Origin: an uncultured Christensenella sp.
Lineage (GTDB): Bacteria > Bacillota > Clostridia > Christensenellales > DTU072
Length of the DNA: 64,000 nt
Reading direction: 5' to 3'
Assembly: GCA_964418255.1 (NCBI GenBank)
Contig: CAYQKV010000002.1
Span: 108,421-172,420, forward strand
In this document: piece after piece, positions 29,162-39,582 of the stretch
Position numbering within the stretch: position 1 is the stretch's first letter
How the letters are laid out: the number at the start of each line of letters is the position of its first letter
Program-made: the position numbers and the translations under genes
Notes under the pieces: model-generated
Databases searched by the model: none
Seen by the model: only the letters and a program-made list of their open reading frames with translations
What the model was told of the DNA's origin: nothing

Positions 29162-30030
29162 CGGAAAAAACGGAAAGAGCGATAGACCAGAAATTCGCGG
29201 TGATTTCATACGCGGCGGCGGTGTGCATAAGCGCGGTGCTGTCCGCTCTCGTGCAGGCTACCGTAGAAAGCGGAACAAATCTCTATATTTACCTTGCCTA
29301 TCTGTTTCCGCAGATGGGATATATAGCGGTGTTCGCGGTTATGTGGCTTAGGTATAAGCATAGTTTCAAAACGTTGGTTAGAAGAGAAAACGTAAGAGGC
29401 GCGGACTACGTTTTAAGCGCGCTTATAGCGGTAGGACTACTGTTTTTCGCGCTTTTACCCAACTACGGAATGAACAGACTGTTCGAAGTTATGGGAATAA
29501 AGGCGAGCGTAATCGTGCCCGAAATGAATTACTGGTACGAATACGTTTTATGCGGAATAACTATCTGTTTATTGCCCGCGGTCGGAGAAGAACTTGTGTT
29601 CAGAAAGGCGTTCTGCGACGGAATGGAGAACGTGGCGGATTATAAAACCGTGCTGCTTTGCGGACTGTGTTTTTCCTTGTCTCACCTCAACGCCGCGCAG
29701 ACGGTGCACCAGTTCGTACTCGGGTGCGTGCTCGCCCTGGTTTACGTAAGGACGAAAAACGTAACCGTCACGATGACGATGCACTTTATAAACAACGCGC
29801 TCGCGCTGTATCTCGAACGGATAACGGGCGCGGAAGTATGGAATAATATAACGGTAACGGCGATTTGTTGCGCGGTTGGCGCGGTCGCGGTTGCGGTCGG
29901 GATTTACCTTTTGTTAAGAAAAGGAAAACTCGACAATAAAAAAGAAGGGAAAATCGAACCCGTCACAGTGATACTCATAGCCGTGCTGAGCGCGGCGTGG
30001 GCGATTACGTTCGGGTTTGCTTTCAGATAA
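29158..30030 (+). CDS. CPBP-family intramembrane metalloprotease
   Basis: VGEELVFRKAFCD ... CFSLSHLNAAQTVHQFVLGCVLALVYVRTKNV ... MHFINN. Confidence 0.8.
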   Translation: MTEKTERAIDQKFAVISYAAAVCISAVLSALVQATVESGTNLYIYLAYLFPQMGYIAVFAVMWLRYKHSFKTLVRRENVRGADYVLSALIAVGLLFFALLPNYGMNRLFEVMGIKASVIVPEMNYWYEYVLCGITICLLPAVGEELVFRKAFCDGMENVADYKTVLLCGLCFSLSHLNAAQTVHQFVLGCVLALVYVRTKNVTVTMTMHFINNALALYLERITGAEVWNNITVTAICCAVGAVAVAVGIYLLLRKGKLDNKKEGKIEPVTVILIAVLSAAWAITFGFAFR

Positions 30031-30044
30031 AAATCGGAGGAAAT

Positions 30045-31058
30045 GTGACGAAAACTTTCAAAACGTGCGCAATTTTTTGTTTTACCACCCTGTGGCTGGT
30101 AATTATGCGCATTATCGTGAGCGCAATAAACCTTTCTGATAACGTTGCCGACTGGGTATTTTCTTTCTGTGTGCAGGTTATAGGGCTGGGCGCAATTCCT
30201 ATGCTCTTGTATAAGTTCTGGGTGAAAGAGGACGTAAAAACGGGCTTTTTCTTCAACGTCAAAATCAACCCGCTTATTTATTTGATTGCCGTAGGCGTCG
30301 GGTTGTCTTTGCATTTTCTCATTCGTTCGGTTTCCGTGCTGTGGCAGAGCGTCGCGATTATGATGGGATACACGCCGTCGAACAGCGTGGGAACGATTTA
30401 TTCGGGTCCGGAAGTTCTTATAATGAGTTTGCTTTGTACCGCAGTTCTGCCCGCGATTTTCGAAGAGACGACTTATCGCGGACTGGGTATGCAGATGCTT
30501 TCGGCGGTTAAGGACGAAAAAACCGTTATTCTGATAATGGGATTATTGTTCGGACTCGGGCATCAGTTCATTTTGCAGACGGGATACGCGTTCGTCGCGG
30601 GAATGGCGTTCGCGTACCTCGCAATTAAAACGAAGAGCATAATTCCGGGTATGATTATCCACTTTATAAACAATGGACTCAGCGTGATAAGCGAGTACTC
30701 GGAACAGAGACAAAACGCGTATTACGCTATGGAAACAAGCATAAACAACGTGCTTTTCCGTTCTTACGGAACGGTAATACTGACGCTCGTCGTTTCCGCG
30801 GCGGTTACGGTCGGACTGCTGTACGCGGCTAAAAATCTCACGAAAAAATCGCGCGTAGAAGAAAACGCGGAAGAGGGGACTTATTTTTATCCGAACACGA
30901 CGCAGTATATCGACGATTTGTTCGGAAAATCTTTGAGAGCGGAAGTAAAAGTCAGACCCGAATCGGTCGCCTGGTACGAATACGCGTTTTTATACGGAGC
31001 GATTGCGATTATGACGCTCACGACCGTGTTCACCTTCGTATGGGGCGTTATGCAATGA
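30045..31058 (+). CDS. CPBP-family intramembrane metalloprotease (second copy)
   Basis: IFEETTYRGLGMQML ... GLLFGLGHQFILQTGYAFVAGMAFAYLAIKTKSI ... IHFINN; GTG start with SD cggagg. Confidence 0.8.
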   Translation: MTKTFKTCAIFCFTTLWLVIMRIIVSAINLSDNVADWVFSFCVQVIGLGAIPMLLYKFWVKEDVKTGFFFNVKINPLIYLIAVGVGLSLHFLIRSVSVLWQSVAIMMGYTPSNSVGTIYSGPEVLIMSLLCTAVLPAIFEETTYRGLGMQMLSAVKDEKTVILIMGLLFGLGHQFILQTGYAFVAGMAFAYLAIKTKSIIPGMIIHFINNGLSVISEYSEQRQNAYYAMETSINNVLFRSYGTVILTLVVSAAVTVGLLYAAKNLTKKSRVEENAEEGTYFYPNTTQYIDDLFGKSLRAEVKVRPESVAWYEYAFLYGAIAIMTLTTVFTFVWGVMQ

Positions 31059-31495
31059 TAAAACTCAATATAGTCGCGGTGGGGAAAATCAAAGAAACGT
31101 TTTTTACCGAAGCGGTAAACGAATATGCAAAACGTATCGGGCGTTTCGCCTCGCTTAAAATAATCGAACTTTCCGAAAGACGAACGATAGAGGAAGAAGG
31201 AGAGGAGATACTCGCAAAAGCGAGCGGAACGGTTGTCGCGACCGACGTAAAAGGCGAGCTTGTTTCCAGCGAAGATTTGGCTCGACTTATAAAAAACGAG
31301 GCGAATTACGGAAAAAGCGAAATTACTTTCGTCATCGGAAGCAGCGAAGGGCTTTCCGACAAGGTAAAAAAATCGGCGGATAAAAGAATCTCTTTCGGCA
31401 AAGTCACGTTTCCGCACCAGCTTATGCGCGTGATACTATCCGAACAGCTTTACCGCGCGATGACGATACTTAACAACGTTACTTACCATAAGTAA
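31055..31495 (+). CDS. rlmH: 23S rRNA pseudouridine1915 N3-methyltransferase
   Basis: FVIGSSEGLSDKVKKSADKRISFGKVTFPHQLMRVILSEQLYRAMTILNNVTYHK. Confidence 0.9.
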   Translation: MIKLNIVAVGKIKETFFTEAVNEYAKRIGRFASLKIIELSERRTIEEEGEEILAKASGTVVATDVKGELVSSEDLARLIKNEANYGKSEITFVIGSSEGLSDKVKKSADKRISFGKVTFPHQLMRVILSEQLYRAMTILNNVTYHK

Positions 31496-31557
31496 CCGCC
31501 TTAAAACGACAAGAGAACGGGTATATAACGAGTGAAACCGTCATATACTTCGTTATT

Positions 31558-32403
31558 ATGATAAAATTAAACGATAAACTAACCCGGTGTTATGAAAAAC
31601 TGGGTCGCATTGCCGCGTCCGAAACCGTAGGGAAAAGCGTTCTCGGCAGGGAAATCAGAATGTTTCGGTTCGGAAACAACCCGAAAACATTGATTTTCGG
31701 CGGCATACACGCGCGCGAGTGGATAACCGTTCTTCTTTTAAGCGAACTCTCGGAAAGAGAGGGGAAAAACGCAAAATACGGTTTCGACCTCGTGCCCTGT
31801 CTCAATCCCGACGGAATGAGCCTGTGTCTCGACGGAATAGGGTCGGTTCCCGACGAAAAACTCGGGAAAGAACTGATAAAAATCAACGGCGGAGCGGACT
31901 TTTCGCAATGGAAAGCCAACGCGAGAGGAGTAGACCTCAACGTCAATTTCGACGCGGACTGGGGAGAGGGAAGATATAACGTAACCGAACCCGCGCCCGC
32001 AAACTACATAGGAAGGGAACCTTTCAGCGAGCCCGAAACGCGCGCCGCGGCGTCACTTATGCAAAGAGGATACTCCCTTGTAGTGAGTTATCACTCCCTC
32101 GGGGAAGAAATTTACTGGGGGTACGAAAGTAATTTCAGACACTACGCGGAAGCCAAAGAGTACGCGGAGAAGGTAGGATACAGACTTAAACGGAGCGAAA
32201 ATTCCTCGGGCGGATTAAAGGACTTCTACGCGCTTTCTTACGACGGACTGGGACTTACGGTGGAAGTGGGCGAGGAAAAGGAAGGACATCCGTATCCCGA
32301 AGAGAAACTTACGTCGCTTGTAAAAAGACACGAAGGAAGCATAGAACTGCTTACCTCGCTTGGAGAAAGAATAAATGCAAGACTTTATGGAGGAAGCGCT
32401 TAA
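31558..32403 (+). CDS. M14 zinc carboxypeptidase-like protein
   Basis: GGIHAREWITVLLLSEL (HxxE), LVPCLNPDGM, GVDLNVNFDADWGEG. Confidence 0.8.
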   Translation: MIKLNDKLTRCYEKLGRIAASETVGKSVLGREIRMFRFGNNPKTLIFGGIHAREWITVLLLSELSEREGKNAKYGFDLVPCLNPDGMSLCLDGIGSVPDEKLGKELIKINGGADFSQWKANARGVDLNVNFDADWGEGRYNVTEPAPANYIGREPFSEPETRAAASLMQRGYSLVVSYHSLGEEIYWGYESNFRHYAEAKEYAEKVGYRLKRSENSSGGLKDFYALSYDGLGLTVEVGEEKEGHPYPEEKLTSLVKRHEGSIELLTSLGERINARLYGGSA

Positions 32404-32821
32404 AGAAGCGAAAAAAGCGTATAAGAAAGACGAGGTGCCCGTCGGGTGCGTCGTCGTTTGCGACGGCAAAATAATCGCGAGAGCGCACAATAGCAAAATT
32501 TCCGACAACGACTCGCTTGCGCACGCGGAAATCAAAGCGCTTAAAAAAGCGCAGAAATTTTTAGGGACGAAATACTTGTACGACTGCGAAATGTTCGTCA
32601 CGCTTGAACCTTGCGCAATGTGCGCGGGAGCGATAGTAAACGCGCGACTCGGGAAACTTCACTATGCGGTTAAAGAACCCAAAACAGGGTGTTGCGGAAG
32701 CGTTTGCAACCTCGTAAACGGGACGTTTAACCACACGGCGGAAGTGTTTTGCGGGGAAAAGGAAGAGGAAGCGAAAAAACTTTTGCAGGAGTTTTTCAAA
32801 GAAAAGAGGAGAGACAAATGA
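32375..32821 (+). CDS. tadA: tRNA-specific adenosine deaminase
   Basis: DNDSLAHAEIKALKKAQKF, LEPCAMCAGAIVNARLGKLHYAVKEPKTG. Confidence 0.9.
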   Translation: MQDFMEEALKEAKKAYKKDEVPVGCVVVCDGKIIARAHNSKISDNDSLAHAEIKALKKAQKFLGTKYLYDCEMFVTLEPCAMCAGAIVNARLGKLHYAVKEPKTGCCGSVCNLVNGTFNHTAEVFCGEKEEEAKKLLQEFFKEKRRDK

Positions 32822-33384
32822 TAATAATCGGACTGGGAAACCCGGGGGTGCAGTATAAAGGAACCTATCATAACGCGGGGTACGGCGTAGCGGAAGCGGC
32901 GGCGAAACTCGTAGGGAAAAAAATAAACAGGGCGGAATGCAATTCGCTTACCGCCGTCACCGAATATAAGGGGAGCAAGCTCGTTATCGCCAAACCGCTT
33001 ACATATATGAACAACAGCGGAGAAGCGGTCGCAAGCCTGGTCGCAAAATACGGAAAAGAAGCGGGGGAAGCGTTCGTCTGTTACGACGATATAGACCTCG
33101 AAAGATTTTCCGTGCGGATACGGGCAAAGGGAAGTGGCGGAACGCATAACGGAATGCGCGACGTTGTACGGGTAATGAAGACGGAGGATATAAAACGGCT
33201 CAGGGTCGGCATAGGAAAACCCGACTATAATCTGAGAGACTACGTCCTTGACAAACCCGCGAAAGACGACGGAAAAAAATTCGAAGAAGTGTTCGACGAA
33301 TGTGCGAAACTGCTTTTAGCCTACGCCGCCGACGGGGACTTCGATAAACTTATGAGAGAGGGAAATTCTCTTGGCAACAGATAA
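32818..33384 (+). CDS. pth: Peptidyl-tRNA hydrolase
   Basis: MIIIGLGNPGVQYKGTYHNAGYG, KPLTYMNNSGEAV, YDDIDL, KGSGGTHNGMRDV. Confidence 0.9.
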   Translation: MIIIGLGNPGVQYKGTYHNAGYGVAEAAAKLVGKKINRAECNSLTAVTEYKGSKLVIAKPLTYMNNSGEAVASLVAKYGKEAGEAFVCYDDIDLERFSVRIRAKGSGGTHNGMRDVVRVMKTEDIKRLRVGIGKPDYNLRDYVLDKPAKDDGKKFEEVFDECAKLLLAYAADGDFDKLMREGNSLGNR

Positions 33385-36300
33385 AATCTTTTCTCCCGAA
33401 AAAGGCGCGATAGGAGAAATAAAGAAAAACATAAACGCGGGAAGGAACGTAACCGTCTTTAACGCCGCGCCGAACAACCGCAGACACATAGCTTCCGCGC
33501 TCGGTAAAAAGTTTATCTACGTAGTCGCGGACGTAAGCGAAGCGAGGAAAACGTGCGACAGACTTAACGAATACGGCGAGGGCGTTTACGCGGTGATGCC
33601 CGAAAAGGAAGACCCCCTCGTTAAACGCAAAATGTGCGACTATTCCGCGCTCGGCGAGAGAATGAGCGTACTTAACGGACTGTCGAATAAAACCCTTGAC
33701 GGAGTGGTAGTCACCTGCGAAAGTCTGCTTGCGAGATACCCCGAAAAAAACAGATTTCTTTCTTCACGCATAGTTTTGAAAAAAGGGGAAGAAACCGAAA
33801 CTTCCGCTTTGACCGAAAGACTGCTTTTCGCAGGATATAAACGGGTCGCGGAGACGGATAAACCCGGTTCGTTCAGGCTTTCCGGCGACTGCCTGGAAAT
33901 CTTTCCGACTACCGAAAGCAACCCTTTAAGGGTGGATTTTTTCGGCGACGAGGTCGAGTCAATCCGCGTTTTCACACCCGAAACGCACGTCTCGGGAGAA
34001 GAACGCGAAACTTTGGAAATTCTTCCGGCAAGCGACATTTTAGTGCGCCGAGACGAAGTAAACGGTATCCTTAACTCGCTCAAAAAGGCGATACGCTTAG
34101 TCAAACCCGAATACAGAAACGCAATGGCGGAAGAGGGAGAAGAATTTGTAAACAATCCGTCTTCGCCTCTGAATACTTTTATGCTTCCCTTCCTCGAAGA
34201 GCAGACGGGAAGTTTTCTTTCGTACGCGGACGGGTACGTTCTCGTAATAGACGACGCGAGACAGATTACCGATAAACTCAAACTTACCGCGAAAGCCTGC
34301 GAAAACCGCGCGGAAGCGATGGCGGAAGGGGGCAAAGCGTTGCCTTGCCACAGGCGTTCGATATTTTCCGCGGAAGAAGGAATAAAGTTCGGCGGAACGA
34401 CGCTCGCGTTCGGGAGAATGACGGCTTCGTCGGGGTATTTTACTCCGCAGGAAGTTTTCGATTTGAAAACCACGCCGCTGCCCCCATACTACAACGATAT
34501 GGAAGGCTTTTTTACGACGGTAAAACAGATGCTTATTCGCGGAGTGAAAATAAGGGCGTACGCAAAAGACGAAAATTCCAAACGCGCGCTCATCGAGGCG
34601 TTCAACGAGCACGACGTGGGAATAGCGGACGGGTTCGACGAAAAAGCGGATATAGCGATAGAGGTCGGGAAAGTCGGCTACGGGTTCGTTTATCCCACGG
34701 AAAAACTTCTGTGCATAGGAATTTACGACCTCGTCAGAAAGAACGCGCCGATAAGGACGGCGAAAAAGAAACCCATAACGTTCGAACTCCCGATGAAAGG
34801 GGATTACGTCGTCCACGAAAAGCACGGCATAGGCATAAGCGAAGGTATGCAGAGGGTGAAAACCCTTTCGGGCGAGAAAGATTTCTTCGTCGTACTTTAC
34901 CGCGGAGGAGACAGGCTTTTCTTGCCCGTGGAACAACTTGACGCGATAGAAAAATACAACGGTTCGGACAAGCCCGCTTTGCACAGACTGGGCGGCGCGG
35001 AGTTCGAACGGGTCAAGAACAGAGTGCGGGAAAGCGTCAAGGAAATGGCGATAGACCTTTTGGAAATCTATCGGGCGAGAGCGGGGAGAAAAGGGCACGT
35101 CTACCAGCCCGACACGCCGTGGCAGAAAGAACTCGAAGACGACTTCGAATTTACCGAAACCGACGACCAGCTCGACGCGATAGCCGCGGTAAAACGCGAT
35201 ATGGAAAGCGGCAGGATAATGGACAGACTTATCTGCGGAGACGTGGGATACGGGAAGACGGAAGTCGCCGTGCGGGCGATTTTCAAGACGGTTATCGAGG
35301 GTAAACAGGCGGCGATTCTCGCCCCTACGACCGTTCTCGCTCAACAACACTACAATCTTTTAAGCGCGAGAATGAACAAATTCAAGCTGAAAATCGAGCT
35401 TCTGAGCCGTTTTGCGCAGCCCGCGGAGATGAGGGAAGCGTTAAAGAGGATAAAGAGCGGAGAGAGCAATATTATCGTCGCGACGCACAGAATTTTGGGG
35501 AAAGACGTGGTTTTTAACGACCTCGGGCTTCTCGTGCTCGACGAAGAACAGAGATTCGGCGTGGAGCAGAAAGAAAAACTGAAAGGGATAAAAAACACGG
35601 TGAACGTGCTCAGTCTGTCGGCTACGCCGATACCCAGAACTCTTCATATGGCGTTGTCGGGGATACGGGATATTTCCACGCTGGAAACTCCGCCGAAAAA
35701 CCGTTTGCCCGTTGAGACATACGTCACAGAGTATTCCGACGAACTTCTGGGCGACGCGCTCGGAAGGGAAATAGGTCGGGGCGGTCAGGCGTTCGTTCTG
35801 TACAACCGCGTGCAGGGAATTGAAAAGTTTTATCAAAAAGTGCAGGAAATCGTGGGAGAAAAGGGAAAAGTCGTCTACGCTCACGGGCAGATGAACGAAG
35901 AAGACCTCGAAGACGCGATTAAAAAATTCTACGACGGGGAAGCGAACGTGCTCGTTTCCACTACGATTATCGAAAACGGGATTGACTTACCCAACGCGAA
36001 CACTCTTTTCGTGCTCGACGCCGACAGGCTCGGACTGAGCCAGTTGTACCAGCTCAGAGGAAGGGTAGGAAGAAGCGATACCCTCGCGTACGCGTATTTC
36101 ACCGTGCGGGAAGGGAAAGTGCTTACCGAAAACGCGGCGAACAGACTGGACGCGCTTATGGCGCATACCGAACTCGGGAGCGGATTTAAGATAGCGATGC
36201 GGGATTTGGAAATCCGCGGAGCGGGCAATATCTTAGGCAGAGAACAGCACGGACAGATGGAAAAAGTCGGGTACGATATGTATCTCAAACTCATCCGCGA

Positions 36301-36790
36301 AGGCGTGGAAGAAGCGATGGGACATTCGGTGGAAGAACAAAAAGAAACCGAACTGAAAATCGACGGGGATTTCGCGCTCGAAGAAAATTATATAAAAGAC
36401 GCGAAAGCGAGAATAGCGATATACCGCGCGGCGGCGGAGCTTGTTTCCACCGAAGAGGGGAACGAGTTTTACAAAAAAACCGCGGCGGCGTACGGGGAAA
36501 ACTCAAGGTTAAAAAACATAGTGAGAATGGGAATTCTGAAAAATCTCGCGAAAAAAACCGGAGTGAAAAAAGCGGTGGCGGACGGCTCGGGAACGGGACT
36601 GTTTTTCGCCGATTCGCGTATTCTCGCCGACGAAAAATTGTTCTTTGCGCTGGAAAAATACAAAAAAGCCGCCGTGCTATGCCCGACTAATCCGCCGAGC
36701 GTGATTTTCGGCGGAATAAACAGACCGATAGGCGCGAGGATAAAAGAACTCAAAGATTTTCTCGAAGAGGTTGCGGGTAAAACCGAATAA
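33371..36790 (+). CDS. mfd: Transcription-repair coupling factor
   Basis: CID-like region, GDYVVHEKHGIG, LICGDVGYGKTEVAVRA, LLVLDEEQRFGV, SATPIPRTLHMAL; TTG start overlapping pth. Confidence 0.95.
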   Translation: MATDKIFSPEKGAIGEIKKNINAGRNVTVFNAAPNNRRHIASALGKKFIYVVADVSEARKTCDRLNEYGEGVYAVMPEKEDPLVKRKMCDYSALGERMSVLNGLSNKTLDGVVVTCESLLARYPEKNRFLSSRIVLKKGEETETSALTERLLFAGYKRVAETDKPGSFRLSGDCLEIFPTTESNPLRVDFFGDEVESIRVFTPETHVSGEERETLEILPASDILVRRDEVNGILNSLKKAIRLVKPEYRNAMAEEGEEFVNNPSSPLNTFMLPFLEEQTGSFLSYADGYVLVIDDARQITDKLKLTAKACENRAEAMAEGGKALPCHRRSIFSAEEGIKFGGTTLAFGRMTASSGYFTPQEVFDLKTTPLPPYYNDMEGFFTTVKQMLIRGVKIRAYAKDENSKRALIEAFNEHDVGIADGFDEKADIAIEVGKVGYGFVYPTEKLLCIGIYDLVRKNAPIRTAKKKPITFELPMKGDYVVHEKHGIGISEGMQRVKTLSGEKDFFVVLYRGGDRLFLPVEQLDAIEKYNGSDKPALHRLGGAEFERVKNRVRESVKEMAIDLLEIYRARAGRKGHVYQPDTPWQKELEDDFEFTETDDQLDAIAAVKRDMESGRIMDRLICGDVGYGKTEVAVRAIFKTVIEGKQAAILAPTTVLAQQHYNLLSARMNKFKLKIELLSRFAQPAEMREALKRIKSGESNIIVATHRILGKDVVFNDLGLLVLDEEQRFGVEQKEKLKGIKNTVNVLSLSATPIPRTLHMALSGIRDISTLETPPKNRLPVETYVTEYSDELLGDALGREIGRGGQAFVLYNRVQGIEKFYQKVQEIVGEKGKVVYAHGQMNEEDLEDAIKKFYDGEANVLVSTTIIENGIDLPNANTLFVLDADRLGLSQLYQLRGRVGRSDTLAYAYFTVREGKVLTENAANRLDALMAHTELGSGFKIAMRDLEIRGAGNILGREQHGQMEKVGYDMYLKLIREGVEEAMGHSVEEQKETELKIDGDFALEENYIKDAKARIAIYRAAAELVSTEEGNEFYKKTAAAYGENSRLKNIVRMGILKNLAKKTGVKKAVADGSGTGLFFADSRILADEKLFFALEKYKKAAVLCPTNPPSVIFGGINRPIGARIKELKDFLEEVAGKTE

Positions 36791-36988
36791 CGCGGAATTA
36801 AAACCGAAGAGTCCGTCTTTTCGCATAAATAAACGCAATCTGTTTTTTCCGAATTCTTAAATTTACTTGCTTTCCGTAGGAAAGTAGTGTATACTCTTAT
36901 GAGTAGCTTGTCGGCAAGCGGGTTTTCGCTTACCGTCGAAGCGATTCGGGCGCGGAAAACCGCGGTATCAACTCTAAGAAGGAGTAGG

Positions 36989-39496
36989 ATGATGAAGAAG
37001 AAAGGATTATTGTTTTTGCTGATTTGTATGACGCTTGCGTTCTGCGTGGCTCTGAGCGCGTGTTCGTTGGTGCAGGTCAACGAAGAGAGACAAGCCAACC
37101 GCGTTATGGCTACGGTTACCGTAGACCTCGCGAAAGAATACGGCGACGGCGTGAAAGTGCTCGGCAACGACTGGGATTATACCGTTTCGATGGATATTAC
37201 GCGAAGAGAACTGATTTCCACGGTAAACTACGCAATCAACTATTATTCGCAACTCTACGCGACGTACGGAATGACGTACAGTTACGATATAAAAACCCTT
37301 CTCGACTCCGCGTTGAAAACTCTTAAATCGCAAAAATACAATACCATATGCGCAATGGGAGAACTTCTTGCGGAATCGAAAAGCACGGGAAGGTTCGACG
37401 CGTTGTACTGCCGCACGGAAAAGTATGCGGAAATCTACGGCAAAACCCTCGTGCCCGAAGGCGTGCTCACCGTTGCGGAAAGATATTCCGCGATAAAAAC
37501 GATAAACGACCAGTTTACTTCGCAGCTCGAAACCTACCTCGGAGAGAGCAAGGACGAAGAAAGAGACAGAGAAAAGAGCGAAGCCAACGACAGCCTCGCC
37601 AAATACTATGCCGACGGATATTTCGTAGCGGGAGTTTCCGTTGCCAACAAAGGGGATAACGGAGAATACGCCGACGGACTGTACGCGAAAGAAGTGGTGG
37701 ACGACGGCGACGAAGACACCGCGGAACTCGACTACACGAAAGTGTATTCGAAAGTAAGACTTGTAAAGACGGGCGAAGAAGACGTTTACGTTTACGTTCC
37801 GATAGAGGAAGAAAATCTTACCGTGGCGGAAGACGAAGGCGCGGTCAACGCGAAATACCTCACGGCAAAGACGGCTACCGTCACTTATTCGGGCAGAGTT
37901 TACGCGGAAGTTACCGAGGATAACGACTCGGGTTACGACATAGAGAGCTTTACTTCGGAAGCGGAAAATTACACGCTTATAAGCGCGCGTTCCGTTCCTT
38001 CGGAAGAGGAAGAAGAGAGTTCCCTTCTCGACGCTCTCCGTTATATAACCAACGAAGTGTGGGCGGACGAAAGTTCGTATACCGAAGATATGACCGAGTT
38101 CAAAGCGGAAATTTTCAACCCCAATCCGGATAGTTTCGAAAGCAACGAAGAAAAGGACGCTTACAGACAGTTAAGAAACACTTTCAATACGAATAACATC
38201 GGTTACGTAGAGACCGACCCCGGCAAGGAAAACGTAAGCGATTACAGAAACTACAAGTTCTACAACGGTTTGCAGTATTACTACGATTCGCAATTCTCCA
38301 CCGTATTGCTCAACGCGAAGAACTACGAAATCGGCGCGAAGATAACCGAAGCTACGCCGGAGGAAATTGCCGCGGAATACAGCCTGCTCGTGCTTAAAGA
38401 CAAAGCGAACTACGAATATCTCACCGCGGAAGAGCAGGTTAAAAAGTTCTTCGATACGATAAAGGGTACGGACGCAGACGGACTCAGCAAAGTTTATTAC
38501 GTGCCGATTGACGCGCTGTGCTCGGTTTCTTACGAAATAGACCCGACGGAGAAAGCATACGCGCCTTTGTTTACGCTTGACGCGGCGGACAACGTAGTTT
38601 CCTATAATACGACTTACGTTGCCGAAGAAAACGGAAAATATACGATGAAATACGCGTATGACAACGGCGACGGAACGTACACAATCAATATGATTTTCGT
38701 TACGCACGTTCTTCTGAGTTTCGACAACGTGCCCGGGCTTGCCGACCAATACAAGGAAGCGGCGAAAGACTTTACCGACGAACAGAAGATGGTGTTCATT
38801 AAACTTTTCGCGGAAAAAATCAAGACCTGCCCGCAGCTGGAAAGTTATATTGCCAACTACGATAAGGACAAAGCCTATAAAGTAAGCGACGTCTTTGCGA
38901 CCGACGAAAACGGAAATCTCAAATATCAGACGTATGCGGAAGCGGAAAGCGCGATGAACGCGATTATCCAAGAAGCGTTCGCGACCGGCAGTTATCAAGA
39001 TTTACTCGACGCGTTTATCAGACTTACCGAGATTTACGACGACGACGGCGGAAAACTCACCGATTCGGGTTATCTCGTCAGCGCGGGAGAAATGGAAAAC
39101 GGCTGGTACGAAGATTTTACCGCGACCGCGCTCAATATCTATTTCGGATTGCTTAACGATGGATATAAACCCACGGGATACGAGCAAGCGGACGGAACGA
39201 ACGTCGAAGACAGAATAAAAGACGCTTATTCCGATTACGGCGTGCATAAAATGTTTATAAGTTTCGCGCCTCTTTACAACGTTAAGATTGACGTCAACGG
39301 CGCGATGGCTGTAGATACCGTGCTTAACCTCGACGGACTTACGAGATGGGACGAAATAGGCAAGAGCCTGGTCGAGAGCAAACGCACGAAGGCGTATTCC
39401 GACTGGACGGCGAAACTTACCGAAGAAAAGGCGGACGCGCATACGGTCGTCAACGAAAAGTATTACAACCGCGTGGTTAAAGAAGTAACCGACTAA
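36989..39496 (+). CDS. Large lipoprotein, possible SurA/PrsA-like foldase
   Basis: MMKKKGLLFLLICMTLAFCVALSAC lipobox; position after mfd; internal region VLLNAKNYEIGAKITEATPEEIAAEY resembles the SurA_N type only weakly. Confidence 0.5.
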   Translation: MMKKKGLLFLLICMTLAFCVALSACSLVQVNEERQANRVMATVTVDLAKEYGDGVKVLGNDWDYTVSMDITRRELISTVNYAINYYSQLYATYGMTYSYDIKTLLDSALKTLKSQKYNTICAMGELLAESKSTGRFDALYCRTEKYAEIYGKTLVPEGVLTVAERYSAIKTINDQFTSQLETYLGESKDEERDREKSEANDSLAKYYADGYFVAGVSVANKGDNGEYADGLYAKEVVDDGDEDTAELDYTKVYSKVRLVKTGEEDVYVYVPIEEENLTVAEDEGAVNAKYLTAKTATVTYSGRVYAEVTEDNDSGYDIESFTSEAENYTLISARSVPSEEEEESSLLDALRYITNEVWADESSYTEDMTEFKAEIFNPNPDSFESNEEKDAYRQLRNTFNTNNIGYVETDPGKENVSDYRNYKFYNGLQYYYDSQFSTVLLNAKNYEIGAKITEATPEEIAAEYSLLVLKDKANYEYLTAEEQVKKFFDTIKGTDADGLSKVYYVPIDALCSVSYEIDPTEKAYAPLFTLDAADNVVSYNTTYVAEENGKYTMKYAYDNGDGTYTINMIFVTHVLLSFDNVPGLADQYKEAAKDFTDEQKMVFIKLFAEKIKTCPQLESYIANYDKDKAYKVSDVFATDENGNLKYQTYAEAESAMNAIIQEAFATGSYQDLLDAFIRLTEIYDDDGGKLTDSGYLVSAGEMENGWYEDFTATALNIYFGLLNDGYKPTGYEQADGTNVEDRIKDAYSDYGVHKMFISFAPLYNVKIDVNGAMAVDTVLNLDGLTRWDEIGKSLVESKRTKAYSDWTAKLTEEKADAHTVVNEKYYNRVVKEVTD

Positions 39497-39526
39497 CGGG
39501 CGGAAATAAACTAAAATATAAAGATG

Positions 39527-39567
39527 AGAAGAAGTTATCTTGTCGTTCAGGATAACTTCTTTTACTC
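39527..39567 (+). terminator. Intrinsic terminator
   Basis: AGAAGTTATC-ttgtcgttcag-GATAACTTCTTTT. Confidence 0.65.
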
Positions 39568-39582
39568 GGACGGAGAAAAAAT

